From: a bacterium
GTDB lineage: Bacteria > SAR324 > NAC60-12
Direction: 5' to 3'
Assembly (NCBI GenBank): GCA_965233585.1
Contig: CBDDTI010000746.1
Coordinates: 384,001 to 448,000, forward strand
Length of the DNA stretch: 64,000 bases
The stretch's first letter is position 1. The number at the start of each line of letters is the position of its first letter. Of this stretch, positions 51,927 to 62,114 are shown piece by piece. The notes beneath the pieces are model-generated. The model worked only from the letters and a program-made list of their open reading frames with translations, made no database searches and was not told the DNA's origin. A program made the position numbers and the translations under genes.

Positions 51927-53201
51927 CTACCAAATCCTTTCTATATTAATGGTTTCTTCCCTTTTAGACCCCAAAGACAGAATCGCAATCGGCACGCCAA
52001 TCAATTCTTCTATCCTCCTCATGTATTGCAATGCTTCTTCGGGCAGTGTTTCTATGGAGGTACATTTTGTAATGGAACAATTCCAGCCTGCCATCTCTTC
52101 ATAGACAGGTTCTAGGTCTTCAAATTGGGAAAAAGGAGCTTCTTCGTGAATGACACCTTGTGGGTCTCGGTAATGTGTGGCAATTTTAAGAGTATCTAAA
52201 AAACCTAACACGTCAATTTTTGTCAAAACAATCTGGTCAATGCCATTCAACCTGACAGCCTGTTTGACCAACGCCGCATCAAACCAACCGCAACGTCTTG
52301 GACGCCCTGTTGTTGCACCAAATTCTTGACCCTGTTCACGCAATGTTTCTCCTATTTCGCCATGCAGTTCAGAAGGGAAGGGACCATCACCAACTCTTGT
52401 CGTATAGGCTTTGACAATCCCAACCGTTTTAGACAAGACTTTCGCACCAACTCCTGAACCCACAGACGCATAGCCTGCTAAAGCATTTGATGAAGTGACG
52501 AAAGGATATGTTCCATAATCTATGTCAAGGAACGTCCCTTGCGCACCTTCAAATAAAATGTTCCCTCCTGCTTCTGCAATGCTTTGAACTAACAAAGAGC
52601 TATCAGCTATCAAAGGCTCAACCTCTTCAAAATAAAGACGATATTCCTCAAAAATCTCTTGAGGAGAAAACTCTTGGTCTGCCCCTAGATATTTGAGAAT
52701 GGCATTTTTGTAAGGGACAATGATTTCTAAGGTCTTTTTAAATTTTTGTGGATTTTTGAGGTCAATCAAACGGATCCCATGCCTTGCAAATTTGTCTGAA
52801 TAGACGGGCCCAATACCGTTTTTGGTTGTTCCTATCTTTTGACTGCCAGCTTCAAATGCCTGATCCATCGCATGATGATATGGCATGATGATATGGCACA
52901 GACCACTGACTTTCAGCAACTTTCGCACATCAAGACCATGACCTTCAAACTCACGAACTTCTTTTAATAACGCCTTGAGATTCAGAACAACTCCATTGCC
53001 AATCAAACAAATTTTCTCATGTAAGATTCCAGAGGGAATCAAGTGTAAAATGCGGGTTTCCTTGCCAAATTTGACAGTATGCCCTGCATTATTCCCACCC
53101 TGATAACGCACCACCAGTTCTGCATCTTTGGTGAGAAAATCTACAATCTTCCCTTTCCCTTCGTCGCCCCATTGAGCGCCAACCACTACAACACCTGCCA
53201 T
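51927..53201 (-). CDS. purA: Adenylosuccinate synthetase
   Basis: GAQWGDEGKGK, GGNNAGHT, EGAQG, GATTGRPRRCGW. Confidence 0.97.
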   Translation of the reverse strand: MAGVVVVGAQWGDEGKGKIVDFLTKDAELVVRYQGGNNAGHTVKFGKETRILHLIPSGILHEKICLIGNGVVLNLKALLKEVREFEGHGLDVRKLLKVSGLCHIIMPYHHAMDQAFEAGSQKIGTTKNGIGPVYSDKFARHGIRLIDLKNPQKFKKTLEIIVPYKNAILKYLGADQEFSPQEIFEEYRLYFEEVEPLIADSSLLVQSIAEAGGNILFEGAQGTFLDIDYGTYPFVTSSNALAGYASVGSGVGAKVLSKTVGIVKAYTTRVGDGPFPSELHGEIGETLREQGQEFGATTGRPRRCGWFDAALVKQAVRLNGIDQIVLTKIDVLGFLDTLKIATHYRDPQGVIHEEAPFSQFEDLEPVYEEMAGWNCSITKCTSIETLPEEALQYMRRIEELIGVPIAILSLGSKREETINIERIW

Positions 53202-53372
53202 AAAATTAATAGTATAAAGTTCATCACTTGCAGTGCTAAAATGACCTTGAAACCTAAACAGGTGACGATGTGAAAACCTATTTTGTGATTTAGCAGTAGC
53301 ATTTGTAGCACAAAACTCCAATTCTAACATATTCACCTCAAAGAAACAGACCCAAATTACTTTTAAATTTTT

Positions 53373-53858
53373 ATGACAACAAGGTTGTTGTTTGTCTGTC
53401 TTGGCAACATCTGTCGCTCTCCTGCTGCAGAAGGAATCATGCAGACGCTTGTCAAAAAGAATGGATTGGAATCAGAAATCAAATGCGATTCGGCAGGCAC
53501 TTATGGTCATGTAGGAAGTCCCCCAGATGCGAGAATGCAACAGCATGCACAAAAGAGAGGCTACGTTTTAAACTCACAAGGCAGAAGATTTGACCCCAAA
53601 CGAGATTTTGAAGCATTTGACCTCATTTTAACAATGGACGAAGGAAACTTGAGAGACATCAGACAAATGGACTATCTGGGAGTCTATCAAGATAAAATTC
53701 AACGTATGTGTCATTTCTGCTTGGTGCATTCTTGTTTGGAAGTACCAGACCCCTACTATGGAGGAGCGAAAGGGTTTGAGAACGTCTTAGACCTATTGGA
53801 AGATGCGGCACAAGGGTTGTTAGAGCAACTCAGAAAAAACGGAGTGGCTTCTCAATGA
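53373..53858 (+). CDS. Low molecular weight protein-tyrosine phosphatase
   Basis: VCLGNICRS, DSAGT, DPYY. Confidence 0.95.
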   Translation: MTTRLLFVCLGNICRSPAAEGIMQTLVKKNGLESEIKCDSAGTYGHVGSPPDARMQQHAQKRGYVLNSQGRRFDPKRDFEAFDLILTMDEGNLRDIRQMDYLGVYQDKIQRMCHFCLVHSCLEVPDPYYGGAKGFENVLDLLEDAAQGLLEQLRKNGVASQ

Positions 53859-53966
53859 AACCTCAAAATGAGGTCAAAAACTATAACGATTTGAAAATTA
53901 AAAACTTTTCTTTTTAGCAATCTATTGTGATAATTAACGCTATTTGAAATTTTGACTTAAAAAACT

Positions 53967-54557
53967 ATGGCAGAATTAAAAGTTAAAACGGTAGACCGAA
54001 CTGATGGTTTCAAGGAGTCTTTGTATTTACCTGCAATTTGGAGCGGGTTGAAATTGACTGTCTCCCATCTGTTTTCTAATTTTTTTGGCAGTCGTCAAAC
54101 GGTTACCTATCAATACCCTGAACAACAAAGACCTGTCTCTAAAAGGTGGCGTGGCAGACATCGGCTGACTCGCAAAGATGATGGCTTTTTAAATTGCACT
54201 GCTTGTTATATGTGCGAGACCGTTTGCCCTGCACAATGTATCCACATAGAAGCAGGAGACCACCCCGATTTGTCCATTGAAAAGTATCCTGTCGTTTTTG
54301 ACATTGATGAACTCCGTTGCGTTTTTTGTGGACTGTGCGTGGAAGTTTGCCCCAAAGAAGCAATTCGCATGGACACAGGCATTGTTGCCATGTCTTATTC
54401 TTCACGAAACCGCTTTGAATTTACAAGAGATTTGCTTAAAGACTCATATAGACCTAATAAAGATACTAAATACTTGGATATTCCTAGCCCTAAAAACGTT
54501 GATGAAGCCTTGCCTAATTCTCGTGGCATTCCTGCAACTCACCAACCTCATGCTTGA
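53967..54557 (+). CDS. nuoI: NADH-quinone oxidoreductase subunit I
   Basis: YPE, RGRHRL, two CxxCxxCxxxCP motifs. Confidence 0.88.
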   Translation: MAELKVKTVDRTDGFKESLYLPAIWSGLKLTVSHLFSNFFGSRQTVTYQYPEQQRPVSKRWRGRHRLTRKDDGFLNCTACYMCETVCPAQCIHIEAGDHPDLSIEKYPVVFDIDELRCVFCGLCVEVCPKEAIRMDTGIVAMSYSSRNRFEFTRDLLKDSYRPNKDTKYLDIPSPKNVDEALPNSRGIPATHQPHA

Positions 54558-56141
54558 ATGTCAGACAAACTAACCCCAGAAGAGTTGCAGAAACTCCAAC
54601 CTTTTGTCTCTAACCTTGATGGCAACATCTTTGTTTTAAGAAACCTTCCTGAGGTCGTCAAGGGTGCTTTGTTTTCAAGATATTCTAGGAGTTCATTGGG
54701 CGTTAGAAAACTCTTGGTTCAAGAATTTTTACCACAAGTGAATCAGGTTTTAGATGGAGAGTCTGAAGAATTAGCCAAGCAAGCTGTAGAATTTTATGAC
54801 CGAGTGCTAGATGGATATGGTGATGATTCTATTGGCGAGCTAGGGGGTGCGCATTTGGCTTTGGAAAATATTTCTATCTTGGCAACAAAAGTCATTCAAG
54901 ATGCACGAATTGGCGGTTCTCCGCTGGAAAAATCAACGCGTTATGTGAACTTTGCCAAACAAATCAACGGAGACTTTCCATTCTATAAACCTTGCAAAAT
55001 CCTACAATCAGATTTGCAAGCTCAATATCTCAAAGTGTGTCGTTTGCTTTTTGAGACCTATCAAGAACTTTTTCAGCAACTTTTTGCAAAACTCTGTCAG
55101 TATCCCTCCAAGCAAGACTTTGGTCAAAACTCTGTCAAAGCACTAGAGCGAGCGGCAAGAGCAAAGACGTATGACCTTGTCCGTGGACTGCTACCTGCGG
55201 CAACTTTAACCAACATGGGTGTTTTTGGAAACGGACGTTTTTTTGAAACGCTTTTGATGAAGATGCAATGTTCCAAACTGCAAGAAGTTCAAGGCATTGC
55301 TCAAACCTCTTTTTTGGAGTTAAACAAAACCATTCCCTCTTTTGTCAGACGTGCGGACGGCTCGCATCGCCATTTTGTTAGCTTTCAAAACTTCCACGAA
55401 GCATCTCAAAGCCTCCTACAAAAGTTTGCAGAACGTCAAGGTGTTGTGAAAGCTATTGTTTCCGAACCTCAAAATGATGTGAAATTGATTGATTACGATG
55501 CCAATGCAGAGGAAAAGATCATCGCTACTCTACTTTTTCCAAAATCTCACAGAAGTTTTCATCAGGTTTTGGAGGTTGCAAAGTCTTTGTCTGAACAAGA
55601 GCGGATTAAGCTGATTGAGGAACTGAAGGAGGCTAGGCAGGATCGCCGTCATAAGCTCCCCAGAGCTTTGGAGATGGCAACGTACACTTTTGAGATTGTG
55701 GCAGATTATGGTGCATACCGTGACCTCCATCGGCATAGAACGCTGACACAAGAGAGGCAACTCTTGTCAACACATCTTGGCTTTGAGACTCCCAGTGAGT
55801 TGACCGAGCCAGATGTCGTCAATCAGTATTCTGATGCCATGCAGTTTGCAGGAGAAGTGGCTACTCAAATTGCAAAAGAACTTCCCGAAGAATCGCAATA
55901 TGTGGTCCCTTTGGGGTATCGGATTCGTTGGGTGATGCAGGTCAATTTGCGTGCATTGTGTTGGTTGATTGAGTTACGTTCTCAACCTCAGGGGCATACA
56001 AGCTACCGCTTCATTGCTGCTGAAATGTACAGGCAAGTTGCAAAGGCGCAACCCAACCTTGCAACATTCATCAAGTTTGTTGACTTAAACGAATACGAAC
56101 TTGGTAGAATGTCTGCAGAAGCTAAACAACATCCTCTTTGA
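54558..56141 (+). CDS. thyX: Flavin-dependent thymidylate synthase, tandem-domain type
   Basis: ALFSRYSRS, GYGDDSI, EKSTRY, RDLHRHR, IELRS. Confidence 0.85.
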   Translation: MSDKLTPEELQKLQPFVSNLDGNIFVLRNLPEVVKGALFSRYSRSSLGVRKLLVQEFLPQVNQVLDGESEELAKQAVEFYDRVLDGYGDDSIGELGGAHLALENISILATKVIQDARIGGSPLEKSTRYVNFAKQINGDFPFYKPCKILQSDLQAQYLKVCRLLFETYQELFQQLFAKLCQYPSKQDFGQNSVKALERAARAKTYDLVRGLLPAATLTNMGVFGNGRFFETLLMKMQCSKLQEVQGIAQTSFLELNKTIPSFVRRADGSHRHFVSFQNFHEASQSLLQKFAERQGVVKAIVSEPQNDVKLIDYDANAEEKIIATLLFPKSHRSFHQVLEVAKSLSEQERIKLIEELKEARQDRRHKLPRALEMATYTFEIVADYGAYRDLHRHRTLTQERQLLSTHLGFETPSELTEPDVVNQYSDAMQFAGEVATQIAKELPEESQYVVPLGYRIRWVMQVNLRALCWLIELRSQPQGHTSYRFIAAEMYRQVAKAQPNLATFIKFVDLNEYELGRMSAEAKQHPL

Positions 56142-56229
56142 CAAAAGTTATGAAGTCATTCAATTTTTTGGTAGAGAGGACATAACAATTTTTATTTTCT
56201 GATGTTTTATATTTTATTGAAGGAGAACC

Positions 56230-57240
56230 ATGCAAGAATCTAACAACAAGGACAATCAACCTAAATGGTTGAAAGAAATCTTTTCAGTCAAAGGTCTTTT
56301 AGTGGGAGTCATTCTGTTGATGGGCTATTGGATTTTTTTTGACAATTCTAAGGAGACGACAGATTTTTCAAATCTGGTAGGAGTTGGGCAAGCCATCAAT
56401 TCTGAAACTGCCAAACAGCTGAATGTGGACTTGTCCCAATATTTAGACCCCCAAATTGTGCCTGCCATTGTGGAGGAATCTTTGAAAAACGTCGCTCAAT
56501 CAGGGGCAACAGAAGACGCCTTTGTGCAAGGTTTTGTCAATGAAGTCTCTGCACGCCTGCAAAGTGTCAGCACCATAGATTTAAATGCTGACGGCATAGC
56601 AGACCCATTGCTTGTGATTCCAAAACAGGTGGCAGAAGGAGGAGAACACATGACGTTGTCTATTCGTGTGCCAGATTTTTCAGAAGTCAAGACGCTACCT
56701 GAAGGCACAGACCAACAGGCATGGCAAGACATTGCTGACAACAAATCGCTGGAAATTATGACAGCCTCTGCAGTGAAGTCTCAAGCAGACCAAATGACTG
56801 TGCAAGCTGCTGCCAATCCACAAACCTATCCTTCGCACCCACCTTATTATTCCAGTAGCTTTGGGTCAGTTTTTATGACAGCCATGATGGTCAACTGGAT
56901 GATGACCCCACGTGTCTATCCTATGTATGGGGGCTACGGCGCACCTCCGCGTCAAGTCTCTGACGTTCAAAGAAACCGAGCCTCAAACTCCTCCCAATAC
57001 AACCGTTCTACTGGGACAAGCAATGCGGCAAGAACAGCATCAGGACAATCTATTGCCTCTAATAAATTCTCCAAAATCAAACCAACTGCGATGAATCAAG
57101 TGAGGTCATCAGAATTTAGAAAACGTTCTCAATCTTCTGTCCGTTCAGGGGGTTTTGGTCGCTCTGTGCAAAAACCTCAAGTTCGTCAAAGCAGACGTTC
57201 TACCGCACCAAGAAGAAGTTTTGGACGCAGAAGACGTTGA
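56230..57240 (+). CDS. Hypothetical membrane-anchored protein with a Ser/Arg-rich tail
   Basis: One N-terminal TM, DLNADG loop, tail ...RSGGFGRS...SFGRRRR. Confidence 0.65.
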   Translation: MQESNNKDNQPKWLKEIFSVKGLLVGVILLMGYWIFFDNSKETTDFSNLVGVGQAINSETAKQLNVDLSQYLDPQIVPAIVEESLKNVAQSGATEDAFVQGFVNEVSARLQSVSTIDLNADGIADPLLVIPKQVAEGGEHMTLSIRVPDFSEVKTLPEGTDQQAWQDIADNKSLEIMTASAVKSQADQMTVQAAANPQTYPSHPPYYSSSFGSVFMTAMMVNWMMTPRVYPMYGGYGAPPRQVSDVQRNRASNSSQYNRSTGTSNAARTASGQSIASNKFSKIKPTAMNQVRSSEFRKRSQSSVRSGGFGRSVQKPQVRQSRRSTAPRRSFGRRRR

Positions 57241-57448
57241 GCTTTCAAAAAGACTCACAAGACTTCCAAGACCTGTCCCTTTCTCAAGACTGGTCTTGGA
57301 AGCCCTACTTCCCTCTTGTCTCAATGATGTCAACTTCTTTTCCTAAGGCAGTCAAGTTTCTGATGAGATTAACAAATGACAGGAGGGACTGCAGTCTCTT
57401 TTGATGAGAACAATTCTAGCCAAAGCTCCAAGGGTTTAATACCAAACC

Positions 57449-59548
57449 ATGAAACTAAATTATTATTTTTTCTCAATCCTTTTTCTGACAGATTTAGTTT
57501 TGAATGGACTCAGCTCAGCTTTGGGTGAAAGGCTATTGTTGCGTGAAGAAAAAAAATACACGGTTCAAACACAGCATTTGAAATTTTTGAAAGACCCCAG
57601 CCACGAACTCAGCATCATTGATATTTTGCAGAGGTCAGAAGAGTTCCAAGATGCTCTTTCTGTACCTTTAAACTTTGGCATGAGCCAGTCCACTTATTGG
57701 CTGAAAATAGACCTTAGTAATCTGGTGGGAGGCATGGAAGAAGTCAAATGGGCTTTGGTGCTTCAAAACCCTTTTTTGAAGGAGGCATCAGTTTTCTTAG
57801 AGAACGGAGAACAACTGTGGGGTTCAGGTGATTTGATCAAATTCCGCGGGGTGGACCGTAAGCTCGTTGACTACCGTTTCCCCTCAGTCGTTTTAGACCT
57901 TAAATTAGCTGAAGAAACGACAGCTTATGTCCAGATCCAAACAGACCTTGAGGCTTATTACCCTGTCTATTTAATCCCTCATCATCAGCTGACGACTCTT
58001 TCACGCAACGAAAGCAGCATCTTTGGTATCACCATAGGTGCCGCTGTTTTAGTGGTGGTCTCCTCACTTTTTTTGTTCTTCTCCACTAAAAAACCTGCGT
58101 TTTTGTGCATGATTTTATATTCAGCAATGATCCCCGCAACGAGTTACACGCAAGTGGGATATGTGCAATTCTTTTTACCAAATTCTTGGTATGGGGAGGG
58201 TGATGTGTTGTTTACTTTGATGGTCGCTTTGGTTGTGCCAGTTTTTTGCCTGTTTATCATTGTTTTTCTAGAGCTACCAGAGAATTACCCTAAACTGAAT
58301 CGTTTGTTCAAAGGTTGCAGCATCTTTTCTTTGATGTGTGGTTTCATTCCGTTTGTTGATGTGCAGATTTCAATGATCATAGGGATTATGCTTTCAATTG
58401 TGATGGTGATAGGCGTGGTCATTACTTGTGTTCATGTTTACAGGTCTCACGCTCCAAATCGTAAGGAGGCAATCCGTTATCTGATTACTTGGTGTCCTAT
58501 CGTTGCAGCAATTCTTACTAAAATTACAGTGACTTTAGGGATTCCTGTACCGGGGGTCATTTTAGAAAACAGCATGTCTTTTGGAATCTTGGGACATGTG
58601 TATTTGGTGATGTTCCTGCTTTTGATCTGTGTCAAAGCGATTGAGCAAGATAGAATCAGGGCAAACGAAGAAGTGGCTACACTCTTAGATGCCTTCAAAG
58701 TCTTTGTCCCTGCAAAAGTTTTAGATAAGACAGGACACGGTGCGACTTCTGCCAACATCAACCAATCTTACGAGGAGTTCATCACTTTGTTTTTTGCTGA
58801 CATGCGGGGATTTACCAAAATTTCAGAATCCATGACACCGGGAAGTTTAATGAGGTTTCTTAACCTTTACTTTGAAAGGTTTCACAGAGTCACTGCCAAA
58901 CATGGAGGAGTGATTGACAAATACATTGGGGACGCCGCGATGGTGATTTACAGCCTACACAATGCACTACCTTCTGAGTCTGCCAGTGCTGCCTTAGCAT
59001 CTGCTGTGGGATTGCAAGACAAGCTACAATGTTACTCAAAAAAATGGGGGGCAAAGCATATTCCCCAAATGGGTGTTGGCATTCACAGCGGTCAAGTCAT
59101 CATGGGAACAGTTGGCTCAAAAAATAGAAAAGACTTCACAGTCATTGGGGACGCTGTCAATGTTGCCGCAAGGCTAGAATCCCTAACCAAATACTATGGT
59201 GTCAAAATGTTACTCACTGACACAACTTACGAACTTTTGAACGACAAAAATTATATTCGTTTTGTAGATCACATTGCTGTTTACGGAAAAACAGAACCGA
59301 CAAAGATTTATCAAAGACTCATTTATGAAGAAATTGGAGAGTTTGAAAAGATTCAAATACTCTACCAAGAAGCCATAAATGACTACTACCAACGAAATTT
59401 CAAGGAGGCTCTGGAGTCCTTCCAAAACATGCAACAGCTCTCGCCAAATGACCAAGTCTTGAACGTCTTCATTCAAAGATGCCAACACTTCCTCCAATCA
59501 CCACCCAAAGCAGATTGGGATGGGGTGTTCTACCTAAACTCTAAGTAA
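57449..59548 (+). CDS. 7TM-DISM-type sensor class III adenylate cyclase, copy 1
   Basis: NFG...YWL extracellular domain, about 7 TM, FADMRGFT, DKYIGDA, TVIGDAVNVAARLE, WDGV tail. Confidence 0.9.
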   Translation: MKLNYYFFSILFLTDLVLNGLSSALGERLLLREEKKYTVQTQHLKFLKDPSHELSIIDILQRSEEFQDALSVPLNFGMSQSTYWLKIDLSNLVGGMEEVKWALVLQNPFLKEASVFLENGEQLWGSGDLIKFRGVDRKLVDYRFPSVVLDLKLAEETTAYVQIQTDLEAYYPVYLIPHHQLTTLSRNESSIFGITIGAAVLVVVSSLFLFFSTKKPAFLCMILYSAMIPATSYTQVGYVQFFLPNSWYGEGDVLFTLMVALVVPVFCLFIIVFLELPENYPKLNRLFKGCSIFSLMCGFIPFVDVQISMIIGIMLSIVMVIGVVITCVHVYRSHAPNRKEAIRYLITWCPIVAAILTKITVTLGIPVPGVILENSMSFGILGHVYLVMFLLLICVKAIEQDRIRANEEVATLLDAFKVFVPAKVLDKTGHGATSANINQSYEEFITLFFADMRGFTKISESMTPGSLMRFLNLYFERFHRVTAKHGGVIDKYIGDAAMVIYSLHNALPSESASAALASAVGLQDKLQCYSKKWGAKHIPQMGVGIHSGQVIMGTVGSKNRKDFTVIGDAVNVAARLESLTKYYGVKMLLTDTTYELLNDKNYIRFVDHIAVYGKTEPTKIYQRLIYEEIGEFEKIQILYQEAINDYYQRNFKEALESFQNMQQLSPNDQVLNVFIQRCQHFLQSPPKADWDGVFYLNSK

Positions 59549-59816
59549 TTTCTTCATCAGTTGCCCAACGTTGCAAAAGAGAGTCTTCTGATTCTTGATT
59601 GAAAGGTTTGGTCACAGAAGACATTGAGCTTTCAAAAAGACTCACAAGAGTTCAAAGGCTCATCTTTAAATCCACTTCTCTTTTGATCTGAGTCATGGTA
59701 AGCTCCCTATCCAAGACCATGAGATTTCTGATGAGGTCAACAAATTGCAGGGACACCAGAAATCTGTTTTGGTAGGAAAAGCTGTACTCAAAATTCAAAA
59801 GATTGAACACGAAACA

Positions 59817-61910
59817 ATGAAACTCAATTCTTATCTTTTCTCAATTCTTTTTCTGGCAATTTTACTTTTGAATGGATTCGGCTTGGCTTTTGGCGAGACG
59901 TTGTTGCTGCTAGAAGAAGCAAAATATCCAATCCAACAACAGTATTTAAAATTTTTGGAAGACCCCACCAACCAGCTCAGTATCATAGATGTTTTGCAGA
60001 GGTCAGAGGATTTTCAAGATGCTCCTTCTGTACCTTTAAACTTTGGCACGAGTCAGTCCACTTATTGGTTAAAAATAGACCTCAGTTTGGTAGGAGTCTC
60101 TGAAGAAATCCAATGGGCTTTAGTAGTTCAAAACCCTTTTTTGAAAAAGGCATCAGTTCACTTGGAACAAGGAGTACAACTATGGAGTTCAGAGGATTTG
60201 GTCAAGTTTCGTGGCTTGAGCCATCGTCTCCCCAACTACCGCTTCCCTGCCACCATTTTAAACCTCAAATTCTTTGCAACAACGACAGTTTATATCCAGC
60301 TTCAATCACAACTTGAGGCTTATTATCCTGTCCATTTAATCCCTCATCATCAGCTGATGAACCTTTCACGCACCGAAAACACCATCTTTGGTATCACCAT
60401 AGGTGCTATTTTTCTGGTGATGTTTTGCTCACTTTTTTTGTTCTTTTCCACTAAGAAACCTGCGTTTTTGTGCATGGTTTTATATTCAGCTCTGCTCCCC
60501 ACAGCAAGCTACATGCAAGTGGGATATGTGCAATTCTTCTTACCAAATTCTTGGTATGGGAGGGGTGATGAATTGTTTGCTTTTACAGTCTTTCTGGCTA
60601 TATCAGGCGTTTGCCTGTTTACAATCTTCTTTCTGGAGTTACCAAAGTGGTCTCCCAAGCTGACATCTGTGTTTAAAAGTAGTGTCATCTTTTCTTTAGC
60701 ATTTAGTACTGTTCCATTTTTTAATGTGCAGTTTTCTGTATTTTTGGGAATTTTTGGAGTAGTGATGATGTTGATACAGGTTGTGACTGCTTGTCTTCAT
60801 ACTTACACAAAAGTCCCAAATCGTCAGGAAGTCATCGGTTATTTACTCACTTGGTGTCCTATCGTGATAGCAATTCTTGTTAAAATTGCAGTGGCTGCAG
60901 GAGCCTTTGTGCCAGAGATTTTTGTAGAAAACAGTATGTCTCTTGGAGTCGTAGTTCATGTGTATTTGGTGATGTCCCTGCTTTTGATGCGTGTCAGAGC
61001 TATGGAGAAGGACAGAATCCGAGCAAATGAAGAAGTCGCTACACTGCTAGATGCCTTCAAGGTCTTTGTCCCTGCAAAAGTTTTGAACACTGCACAACAC
61101 AGCTCTACCACTACCAACCTTCATCAATCTTACGAGGAGTTCATCACCTTATTCTTTGCTGACATGCGGGGATTTTCCAGAATTTCAGAGTCCATGGCTC
61201 CGGGCGTTTTGATGAAGTTTCTCAATCTTTACTTTGAAAGATTTCACAGAGTCACTGCCAAACATGGAGGAGTGATTGACAAATACATTGGGGACGCCGC
61301 GATGGTGATTTTCTCACACAATGCACGACCTGCAGAGTCTGCCAGTGCTGCCTTAGCATCTGCTGTGGGATTGCAAGACAAGCTCCAACGTTACCAAGCA
61401 AAATGGGGAACGAACTACCTGATTCCTCAAATGGGCGTTGGCATTCACAGCGGTCAAGTCATCATGGGAACAATCGGCTCAAAAAATAGAAAAGATTTCA
61501 CAGTCATTGGGGATTCTGTCAATGTTGCCGCAAGGCTAGAATCCCTAACCAAATACTATGGTGTCAAAGTGTTACTCACTGAAACCACTTACCGACTTTT
61601 GAATGACAAAAACTACCTTCGTTTTGTAGATCACATTGCTGTTTATGGAAAAACTGAGCCAACAAAGATTTATCAACGACTCATTTATCAAGAAATAGAT
61701 GAGTTTGAAAAAATCCAAATGCTCTACCAAGAAGCAATAGATACCTACTATCAACAAAACTTCAAAGCTGCTTTGGAGTCCTTCCAAAATATGCAACAGC
61801 TCTCACCAAATGACCAAGTCTTGAATGTCTTCATTCAAAGATGCCAACACTTCCTCCAATCGCCACCCAAAGCAGATTGGGACGGGGTGTTCTATCTAAA
61901 CTCTAAATAG
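59817..61910 (+). CDS. 7TM-DISM-type adenylate cyclase, copy 2
   Basis: Paralog of copy 1; start MKLNSY set by alignment. Confidence 0.9.
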   Translation: MKLNSYLFSILFLAILLLNGFGLAFGETLLLLEEAKYPIQQQYLKFLEDPTNQLSIIDVLQRSEDFQDAPSVPLNFGTSQSTYWLKIDLSLVGVSEEIQWALVVQNPFLKKASVHLEQGVQLWSSEDLVKFRGLSHRLPNYRFPATILNLKFFATTTVYIQLQSQLEAYYPVHLIPHHQLMNLSRTENTIFGITIGAIFLVMFCSLFLFFSTKKPAFLCMVLYSALLPTASYMQVGYVQFFLPNSWYGRGDELFAFTVFLAISGVCLFTIFFLELPKWSPKLTSVFKSSVIFSLAFSTVPFFNVQFSVFLGIFGVVMMLIQVVTACLHTYTKVPNRQEVIGYLLTWCPIVIAILVKIAVAAGAFVPEIFVENSMSLGVVVHVYLVMSLLLMRVRAMEKDRIRANEEVATLLDAFKVFVPAKVLNTAQHSSTTTNLHQSYEEFITLFFADMRGFSRISESMAPGVLMKFLNLYFERFHRVTAKHGGVIDKYIGDAAMVIFSHNARPAESASAALASAVGLQDKLQRYQAKWGTNYLIPQMGVGIHSGQVIMGTIGSKNRKDFTVIGDSVNVAARLESLTKYYGVKVLLTETTYRLLNDKNYLRFVDHIAVYGKTEPTKIYQRLIYQEIDEFEKIQMLYQEAIDTYYQQNFKAALESFQNMQQLSPNDQVLNVFIQRCQHFLQSPPKADWDGVFYLNSK

Positions 61911-62114
61911 TTCTTTGTCCTGTCCTTCTGTCGGTTGGTGCTTGAGTTTGCTCTGTGCAAAACTCAACTCACTTTTACTTTTTATCTGAGGCATGGTAAG
62001 CTCCCTATCCGAGACAGTCAAATTTTGGGTCAGGTCAACAAGTTGTCTTGACGTTAGCAGTCTATTTTGGTAGAGGGAGCTTCAGCCAAAGCTCAACAGA
62101 TTGAACACGAACTC

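Noticed and set aside
57355..59790. CTGATGAG upstream of cyclases 1 and 2 as a hammerhead ribozyme core
   Set aside because: No convincing stems or GAAA pairing, and it is not conserved before copy 3
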